This document shows, one piece after another, positions 26,034 to 32,000 of a DNA stretch of 32,000 nucleotides. The notes under the pieces were generated by a model. It was given only the letters and a program-made list of their open reading frames with translations, was not told where the DNA came from and ran no database searches. Made by a program: the position numbers and the translations under genes. Every line of letters starts with the position of its first letter. Within the stretch, counting starts at the first letter, position 1. The DNA lies in the NCBI RefSeq assembly GCF_000186885.1, contig NC_014972.1:1380001-1412000 (forward strand), in the 5' to 3' direction. Source of the DNA: Desulfobulbus propionicus DSM 2032 (GTDB lineage: Bacteria; Desulfobacterota; Desulfobulbia; Desulfobulbales; Desulfobulbaceae).

Positions 26034-26621
26034 ATGAAGACAGACTGGAAACAACCAAACAGACGGCGACTGACACAGGTCCTTGCCTTGGGCTGGATTG
26101 GAACGTTGCTGATGCTGGCCCTCCCGCAGATATCCCTGGCAGCCACCGCCGCCGAAATCAACCGTGATGTTGACATCGCCCTGAAGACCTTGTACCAGAC
26201 CACCCCCGCAGCCAAGAAAATGGCCGGTATCGCCAAAGGCATTCTTGTTTTTCCCGACATCATCAAGGGCGGTTTTATCATCGGCGGCCAGTACGGTGAG
26301 GGCGCGCTGCGCGTCGGCGGCAAGACCACCGGCTTTTATCGCACAATTGCCGCCTCGTACGGCTTGCAAGCCGGGGCGCAATCCTTTGGCTATGCCCTGT
26401 TTTTTCTCTCCGATGCGGACCTGAAGTATCTGAAGAGCAGCAAGGGCTGGGAGATCGGCATTGGTCCCACGGTCGTGGTCATGGATGAAGGCATGGCCCG
26501 GACGTTCTCCACCACCACTGCCAAGTCGGGCATCTATGCCTTTTTCTTTGATCAGCGAGGATTGATGGCCGGCCTGGGTATCCAAGGCAGCAAGATCACC
26601 CAGATTCAGCCGGATAAATAA
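26034..26621 (+). CDS. YSC84-related / SYLF-domain lipid-binding protein
   Basis: AAEINRDVDIALKTLYQTTPAAKKMAGIAKGILVFPDIIKGGFIIGGQYGEGALRVGGKTTGFYRTIAASYGLQAGAQSFGYALFF. Confidence 0.93.
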   Translation: MKTDWKQPNRRRLTQVLALGWIGTLLMLALPQISLAATAAEINRDVDIALKTLYQTTPAAKKMAGIAKGILVFPDIIKGGFIIGGQYGEGALRVGGKTTGFYRTIAASYGLQAGAQSFGYALFFLSDADLKYLKSSKGWEIGIGPTVVVMDEGMARTFSTTTAKSGIYAFFFDQRGLMAGLGIQGSKITQIQPDK

Positions 26622-26657
26622 CCGTGCCAATGCGGTCATGACATAGGGAGAGAAAGA

Positions 26658-27332
26658 ATGAAAACAACACGGACACTGATGATAGGGGCGCTTCTGCTGG
26701 TCTGCGGCATGCTCGTCGGTTGCGCCTCCACACCCAAGGAGACCCCTTCCGGTTTTCTGCAAAATTATCCGCAGTTCCAACCGGGCCCCAGCGACGGGGT
26801 TGATCAGCTCTACACCAAGCCCGGCATGGATTTGAGCAAGTATCGGCGGATCATGGTGGACGAGGCCCAGTTCTATCTGAAGAAGAGCGCGGCGGAGCAG
26901 GGCATCCAGGCCAGCGAGCTCAAGGAACTGTCCGACACCTTTCACCGCGCCATTTTCGAAGCGCTGGGCAATGCCTATCCGCTGGTCACCGAACCAGGTG
27001 CGGATGTGTTGCGCATTCGGTTGGCGGTGACGAACATCGAAACCAGCAATCCGGCGATGAGCGGCATCACCACGGTGCTGCCGGTGGGCTTGGCGATCAG
27101 CGTTGCCAAGAAAGCCACGACCGGCTCCTACACAGGGGTTGGCGGAGCCAGCATGGAGGTGGAATTTCTCGATTCCATGACCAATGAACGTCTGGCAGCC
27201 GCCATCGATACCTTCGACGGTTCGAAGATGAGCGGGTTCAGCAAGTTGGGGGCCACCAAGGAGGCCTTTGCATTCTGGGCCAAGCGGTTACGGGTTACCC
27301 TGGATAAGGCGCACGGCAAGGTGGAGGAATAA
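26658..27332 (+). CDS. DUF3313-like lipoprotein
   Basis: Lipobox MLVGC; GFLQNYPQFQPGPSDGVDQLYTKPGMDLSKYRRIMVDEAQFYL pattern. Confidence 0.8.
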   Translation: MKTTRTLMIGALLLVCGMLVGCASTPKETPSGFLQNYPQFQPGPSDGVDQLYTKPGMDLSKYRRIMVDEAQFYLKKSAAEQGIQASELKELSDTFHRAIFEALGNAYPLVTEPGADVLRIRLAVTNIETSNPAMSGITTVLPVGLAISVAKKATTGSYTGVGGASMEVEFLDSMTNERLAAAIDTFDGSKMSGFSKLGATKEAFAFWAKRLRVTLDKAHGKVEE

Positions 27333-27427
27333 CGAGCACCTCACAACACCGAGAAGAGCCGGAATGCAACCAGTGGGTTGGCGGTATCGGCATCGGTTAC
27401 GCCTGCTGGCCAACACTGCTTCGAAAA

Positions 27428-27480
27428 GAGAAGAGGTATGGTCGGTTTGGGATCGCCTCTCCGCAGTCATGTCTCTTCTC
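27428..27480. repeat. Inverted repeat GAGAAGAG ... CTCTTCTC (arms 27428-27435 and 27473-27480)
   Basis: Perfect 8-bp arms in the 300-bp gap before the pqi operon. Confidence 0.4.
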
Positions 27481-27516
27481 TCCCCCCGGTTGCTTGTCCT
27501 TGTTGCGGTGGGGAAT

Positions 27517-27537
27517 GATCTGGTCTTGGACCAGATC
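27517..27537. repeat. Perfect hairpin GATCTGGTC-TTG-GACCAGATC
   Basis: Direct reading: 9-bp arms, 3-nt loop; no following T-run on the + strand, so not an obvious terminator. Confidence 0.5.
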
Positions 27538-27631
27538 GGCCGGCCACAACGAACAAAGAAAGGCCGGTACTCCGGCATGGTATCATTATCGCGATCCACA
27601 CTTATAGAAAGCAAAACAAGAAAAACATGTC

Positions 27632-28255
27632 ATGCCCATCGACCAACCGCCGCCCACAGTGATCGCCTGCCCCGATTGTGACCTGCTCAATCGGCTGCCT
27701 GCGGAGGCAACAACCGTCACCCTGCTGTGCGGTCGTTGCGGTGCGGTGCTCGCCCGTCACAAACCCGACAGCATCGAACGTTCCCTGGCCCTGACCCTGA
27801 CAGCGCTGATCCTGTTCGTTGTCTCCAACAGTTTTCCGTTCCTGGCCATGAAGACCGGCGGCTTTGTCCAGGAAACCACCCTGTTGACCGGCATCCGGGA
27901 ACTCTGGAAACAGGACATGCAGGGGCTCTCCTGCCTGGTGTTGCTCACCTGTGTGCTGGTGCCGGGCCTGCAGATGATCGGTCTCCTGTACATCCTGGCG
28001 CCGCTCCAATGGGGGCGTCGACCGGCTGCCCATGCGGCCCGCGTCTTTCGCCTGGTCCAGGAGGTCGCTCCCTGGGGCATGATGGAGGTGTTCATGATGG
28101 GGATCCTGGTCGCCCTGGTCAAACTCGGCCACATGGCGACCATCGTGCCCGGGGTCTCGGTCTTTTCCTTTGGCGGTCTGATCTTTGTCATGGCCGCCGC
28201 CTTCTCCACCCTGGATCCACCCCTGTTATGGCAACGCCTGGACCTGCGCCGATGA
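27632..28255 (+). CDS. pqiA: Paraquat-inducible protein A (PqiA) domain protein, first copy
   Basis: Zn-ribbon CPDC..CGRCG followed by ALTALILFVVSNSFPFLAMKTGG and later VALVKLGHMATIVPG. Confidence 0.9.
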   Translation: MPIDQPPPTVIACPDCDLLNRLPAEATTVTLLCGRCGAVLARHKPDSIERSLALTLTALILFVVSNSFPFLAMKTGGFVQETTLLTGIRELWKQDMQGLSCLVLLTCVLVPGLQMIGLLYILAPLQWGRRPAAHAARVFRLVQEVAPWGMMEVFMMGILVALVKLGHMATIVPGVSVFSFGGLIFVMAAAFSTLDPPLLWQRLDLRR

Positions 28256-28869
28256 GTGGAGTCACTGCCCGCGAGCAGGGGTTGATCAACTGCCACGACT
28301 GCCATCTGCTGGTGGAGATGGCCCAGGACCATCACCAGTGCCCGCGCTGCGGCGCCCATCTCCATCAGCGCAAACCCAACAGTCTGGCGCGGACCTGGGC
28401 CCTGGTGTGCGCGGCCCTCATCCTGATCATTCCGGCCAACGTCCTGCCCATCACCGTCACCACCTCGCTCGGCGCCAAACAGGCGGACACCATCATGAGT
28501 GGCGTGATCTATTTCATGCAGACCGGTTCCTGGGAGATCGCGGCCGTAATCTTTGTTGCCAGCGTCTTTGTGCCGGCCGCCAAGTTGCTGATTCTGATCT
28601 TTCTGCTGGTCAGCGTCCGCTGGCGCTGGCGTTGGCGACCCAAGGACCGGACCACCCTGTATCGTCTGACCGAGTTGGTCGGCCGCTGGTCCATGGTCGA
28701 CATCTATGTGGTGACCATCCTGGTCGCCCTGGTCAAGCTCGGCGCGGTGGCAGCTATTGAGGCCGGACCGGCTGCCGTCTATTTTGCCGCGGTGGTGGTG
28801 GTCACCATGTTCGCCGCGGAAAGTTTCGACCCCCGTCTCATCTGGGATGTCATCGAGGAGGATGTATGA
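28252..28869 (+). CDS. pqiA: Paraquat-inducible protein A (PqiA) domain protein, second copy
   Basis: From ATG 28252: MSGVTAREQGLINCHDCHLLVEMAQDHHQCPRCGAHLHQRKPNSLARTWALVCAALILIIPANVLPI...LVGRWSMVDIYVVTILVALVKLG. ATGA overlaps on both sides. Confidence 0.92.
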   Translation: MSGVTAREQGLINCHDCHLLVEMAQDHHQCPRCGAHLHQRKPNSLARTWALVCAALILIIPANVLPITVTTSLGAKQADTIMSGVIYFMQTGSWEIAAVIFVASVFVPAAKLLILIFLLVSVRWRWRWRPKDRTTLYRLTELVGRWSMVDIYVVTILVALVKLGAVAAIEAGPAAVYFAAVVVVTMFAAESFDPRLIWDVIEEDV

Positions 28870-30497
28870 CCGACCAATCGTCCCTGGAACCGCATGCTGT
28901 ACCGGCCGCGGTCCAGGCCAGGCGCCGTTTTTCCATTGTTTGGATCGTGCCGCTGGTGGCGCTGGTGATCGGCGGCTGGCTGGCCTTCAAGGCCATCAGC
29001 GAAAAAGGACCGACCATCACCATCACCTTTGCTTCCGCCGATGGCCTGGAGGCGGGCAAGACCAAGATCAAGTTCAAGGACGTGGAGATCGGCCAAGTCG
29101 AGACCATCGCGCTTAGCGAGGATGTGTCCAAGGTGGTGGTCACGGCCAAGATGATCAAGGGGAGTGAACCCTATCTGACCGATCAGACCAAGTTTTGGGT
29201 GGTTCGTCCACGGATCAGCGGCGGCTCGGTCTCCGGCCTGGGCACGGTCCTTTCCGGGGCCTATATCGGCATCGACGGCAGCAAGGCAGGCACGCCGACC
29301 CGCCATTTCACCGGCTTGGAGGTCCCGCCGGTGGTGACCGTGGGCCAACCGGGACGGCATTTCGTCCTTCAGGCAGATACGCTCGGTTCCCTCGATATCG
29401 GCTCGCCGGTCTACTACCGGCAGATCCAAGTGGGGCAGGTGGTCAGCTACACGCTCAAGCCGGACGGCAAATCGGTGGAGATCAAGATCTTTGTCCAAGC
29501 ACCGCATCACACCCAGGTCACAAACAACACCCGGTTTTGGAACGCCAGCGGTTTTGATCTCACCCTCAATGCCCAGGGGCTCAAGGTCGATACCCAGTCG
29601 ATGGTCTCCATTCTTACCGGCGGTATTGCCTTTGATCTGCCCAAGGAGACCCAGCCAGGGGAGGAGGCCCAGGAAAATTCCAGTTTTTTCCTTTATGCCG
29701 ACCGCAATGCCATCCAGGAAAAGAAGTACACCATCCGCAACTACTATGTGCTGTTGTTCGACGAGTCGGTGCGCGGTCTCAGTGTCGGTGCACCGGTGGA
29801 GCTGTATGGCATCAAGCTGGGCGAGGTGGTCGACCTGAAACTGGAATTCGACCTCGACAGCAAGAAATTCTTTGTCCCGGTGATCGTGGCCATGGAACCG
29901 GAACGAATCAGTGCCGCCAAGAAAGAGGAGGCGCTGAAAATTGCCGAACACGATCCCGGGACCTTTCTCAAGGCATTGGTTGAACAACAGGGATTACGCG
30001 CCCAGCTGCAGAGCGGCAATCTGCTCACCGGCCAGCTGATGGTCAATCTGGTTTTTGTATCGGATGCTCCCAAGGCCAGCCTCTCCGATTGGAACGGATT
30101 CAAGGCCATCCCGACCATTCCCGGTTCCTTTGAACGGTTACAGGAGAGTTTGGGCAAAATCACGGCCAGCCTGGAAAAGGTCAAATTCGACCAGATCGGC
30201 GGTGAACTCCAACAGACCCTGCAAGAAACCAGAACGACAGTTGCCGAGATGGGCGGATTTGCCAAGCAGCTGAACAAGGAAACCACGCCCAAACTGCAGG
30301 AGACGCTGGTTGAACTGCAGAAAACCCTGGTAGAGGTGCAGCAGGGCATGGGCAAGGATTCGCCCTTGAACTACAACACCACCAAGACCCTGGAAGAGTT
30401 GTCCATGACCCTGCGCGCCCTGCGGGAACTCGCCAACACCCTGGATAACCAGCCCCAATCGATTCTTTATGGCAAGGAGAAGCAAGCAGATGAATAG
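28866..30497 (+). CDS. pqiB: PqiB-like MCE-domain intermembrane transport protein
   Basis: FSIVWIVPLVALVIGGWLAFKAISEKGPTITITFASADGLEAGKTKIKFKDVEIG and repeated MCE-like segments (VGQPGRHFVLQADTLGSLDIGSPVYYRQIQVGQV...). Confidence 0.95.
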   Translation: MTDQSSLEPHAVPAAVQARRRFSIVWIVPLVALVIGGWLAFKAISEKGPTITITFASADGLEAGKTKIKFKDVEIGQVETIALSEDVSKVVVTAKMIKGSEPYLTDQTKFWVVRPRISGGSVSGLGTVLSGAYIGIDGSKAGTPTRHFTGLEVPPVVTVGQPGRHFVLQADTLGSLDIGSPVYYRQIQVGQVVSYTLKPDGKSVEIKIFVQAPHHTQVTNNTRFWNASGFDLTLNAQGLKVDTQSMVSILTGGIAFDLPKETQPGEEAQENSSFFLYADRNAIQEKKYTIRNYYVLLFDESVRGLSVGAPVELYGIKLGEVVDLKLEFDLDSKKFFVPVIVAMEPERISAAKKEEALKIAEHDPGTFLKALVEQQGLRAQLQSGNLLTGQLMVNLVFVSDAPKASLSDWNGFKAIPTIPGSFERLQESLGKITASLEKVKFDQIGGELQQTLQETRTTVAEMGGFAKQLNKETTPKLQETLVELQKTLVEVQQGMGKDSPLNYNTTKTLEELSMTLRALRELANTLDNQPQSILYGKEKQADE

Positions 30498-31089
30498 ATC
30501 TCTCATCCTTCTCGGACTGGCGGCGTTCGGTTTATTCCTGGGTTCCCTCACCGGCTGCAGCCCGGTTTCCCCCCAGGTCAGCTACTACAGTCTGCTCGAT
30601 ACCCAACGGCCGCCCAGCGTCGCCGGTGCACGGCAGTCGTTGGCCATTCTTGTCGGCCCGGTTTCGGTGCCTGACCTGTTGAAAACGTCGCAAATCGCCA
30701 CCGGAACGGCAGAGCGGTACCAACTCGCCGAGCAGCATCGATGGGTGAGCCAGGTTGACCGCGATTTTGCCCGTGCTATCGGCGAGCAGTTGGCCTCCAG
30801 GCTGGGCACTGAACGAATCGCCCTCTATCCGCAGGATCAGTACCTGGCGGCACCCCTGCAGGTTGTAGTTGATATTCTGGCCATGGAAGGGACTTTGGGC
30901 CAGGAGGCCAGATTGACGGTCCGTTGGTCGCTGGTCGCCACCAAGAGCAAAACAGCGCGGCTGACACGTCGCTCCACCTTCAGCGAACGACCGGCCGACA
31001 GCAGCCATGGCGCTTGGGTTGCAGCCCAGCGGCGCAATATCAGTCGGTTGAGCGAGGAAATTGCCGCCGCGATCACGTCGCAGCATTAA
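30490..31089 (+). CDS. pqiC: PqiC-family outer-membrane lipoprotein
   Basis: From ATG 30490: LGSLTGC lipobox, YYSLLD, ILVGPVSVPDLLKTSQIATGTAERYQLAEQHRWVSQVDRDFARAIGEQLASRLG. Confidence 0.88.
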   Translation: MNRSLILLGLAAFGLFLGSLTGCSPVSPQVSYYSLLDTQRPPSVAGARQSLAILVGPVSVPDLLKTSQIATGTAERYQLAEQHRWVSQVDRDFARAIGEQLASRLGTERIALYPQDQYLAAPLQVVVDILAMEGTLGQEARLTVRWSLVATKSKTARLTRRSTFSERPADSSHGAWVAAQRRNISRLSEEIAAAITSQH

Positions 31090-31300
31090 TCTTCGCCGGG
31101 ATGGTCAATGTCGCCTCGCTGCGGGAACTCCATGCCGCCAGCCGTCGTGAGCTGACCTTTTCCCTGGTGACCACGGTCGGCGTTCTTTACTTTGATGTCC
31201 TGCCCGGAGTGGCGTTGGCCATCGGCATGACCCTGCTGTGGATGCTTACACCGCAAGCCAGCCCCATGTGGCCGTGCTGGGACGAGTTCCGGGGATGAGC
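31090..31300 (+). pseudogene. SulP-family anion transporter remnant, frameshifted
   Basis: Frame 1: LIFAGMVNVASLRELHAASRRELTFSLVTTVGVLYFDVLPGVALAIGMTLLWML; then another frame: ASQPHVAVLGRVPGMSGF. Together they match the SulP last-TM to STAS linker ('...RASRPHVAVLGRVPGT...'). Confidence 0.72.
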
Positions 31301-31392
31301 GGTTTTCTGCGCAATCGGGGGAGAGCGGTCGATCAACGGATCCAACGTAACCCAGGCAGTGCTTCTGCCTGCATCCCTTTGACAGGTGCAAC

Positions 31393-32000
31393 ATGAACGA
31401 ACAACACCAACAGTCGCGCATCGGTGCATGGATGGGCAGTCTCTGGCAACGTCTTCAACCCCGGGCAACAGGCGAGGATCCCCTTGTCCAGGCCATGGAT
31501 CGGCTGGTGCAGGTCGCCGATCCGGTTATTCGTCAGTCCAAGGGATATCGACGGGTACTGGCTGGCCCGGTTGCTGGTTCAATGAAGTATTTCCAGTCAT
31601 TGCTGGAAACCATTCCTGGTCCGGTCATTCTTGATCGCAGTCGGTATTATGACGACCCCACCGTCAAGGCCCTGTTTGCCTCACCCGAAGAGCTCGACGA
31701 GCTGTTGCGCTACAACCCAGAGATCAACAAGCTACGCAAGCAAGGTCTGAGCGGCGAGATGGTGGCGATGATGACCATGTTGCAGCAGGAGCGCACCATC
31801 TTCGGTCATAAGCAGGAAGGAGAATTGCTCCTACGCGATGTGCGGCAGCAAGCGGTGAGTTTTACCGATCATCGTATTGTCGCGCCGTCTCTTGATCTCC
31901 AGACGACCAGGAATGGCATTGTTAACCGGGGGTTGGAGGTGTTGGCCACGGTTGCCATGGAGCGGATCACCTCGCTACGGGCAAACAAGGCCGAATTGCA
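31393..32000 (+). CDS. Hypothetical protein, partial (continues beyond window end)
   Basis: Open frame from ATG 31393: MNEQHQQSRIGAWMGSLWQRLQPRATGEDPLVQAMDRLVQVADPVIRQSKGYRRVLAGPVAGSMKYFQSLLETIPGPVILDRSRYYDDPTVKALFASPEELDELL... uninterrupted to 32000. Confidence 0.7.
   Translation, partial: MNEQHQQSRIGAWMGSLWQRLQPRATGEDPLVQAMDRLVQVADPVIRQSKGYRRVLAGPVAGSMKYFQSLLETIPGPVILDRSRYYDDPTVKALFASPEELDELLRYNPEINKLRKQGLSGEMVAMMTMLQQERTIFGHKQEGELLLRDVRQQAVSFTDHRIVAPSLDLQTTRNGIVNRGLEVLATVAMERITSLRANKAEL

Noticed and set aside
25335-26945. 536-aa antisense ORF over the duplicated lipoprotein and SYLF genes
   Set aside because: Spans two genes and an intergenic gap that are convincingly coded on the other strand.
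28779-29987. 402-aa antisense ORF opposite pqiB
   Set aside because: Mirror of PqiB with no recognisable motifs.
1-32000. Search for CRISPR arrays, retrons, toxin-antitoxin pairs, tRNA/rRNA, integrase or transposase genes
   Set aside because: No regularly spaced repeats, reverse transcriptase motif, cloverleaf sequence or recombinase motif was seen on reading either strand. Absence should be confirmed with minced/CRISPRCasFinder, tRNAscan-SE and DefenseFinder.

Overview
The window is high-GC Gram-negative chromosomal DNA. A Deltaproteobacteria/Desulfobulbales-like origin is my guess only. I see no rRNA, tRNA, CRISPR array, transposase or phage module. Minus strand, 1-14097: a partial lysophospholipid acyltransferase-like gene, a diverged endonuclease/exonuclease/phosphatase (EEP)-like gene, a GT4 glycosyltransferase, an LpxH-like metallophosphoesterase, an atypical Lgt-like membrane protein, a phosphatidylserine decarboxylase, a 785-aa protein of unknown family, a methyl-accepting chemotaxis protein, and an EAL-CBS-like-GGDDF protein overlapping the chemotaxis gene by ATGA. 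Plus strand, 2178-3855: a DUF1045-like gene that lacks both 2H-phosphoesterase histidine motifs, the collapsed remnants of a phoH gene, and a hypothetical exported protein. Plus strand, 14678-18326: a copper-resistance-like group (small exported protein, TolC-like lipoprotein, Tat-type multicopper oxidase, CusF-like protein) with no CusB/CusA. After a truncated L,D-transpeptidase-like gene come an RND tripartite efflux operon, an internally duplicated lipoprotein, a SYLF/YSC84 protein, a DUF3313-like lipoprotein, a split pqiA-pqiA-pqiB-pqiC operon, a frameshifted SulP transporter remnant, and a hypothetical gene running off the end. I found no convincing new defence or RNA-guided system. The best leads are the 785-aa orphan at the head of a phospholipid-related gene run, the phoH remnant that keeps both gene ends but not the interior, and the repeated occurrence of gene remnants (phoH, YcbB-like, SulP), which could be real microdeletions or assembly errors.
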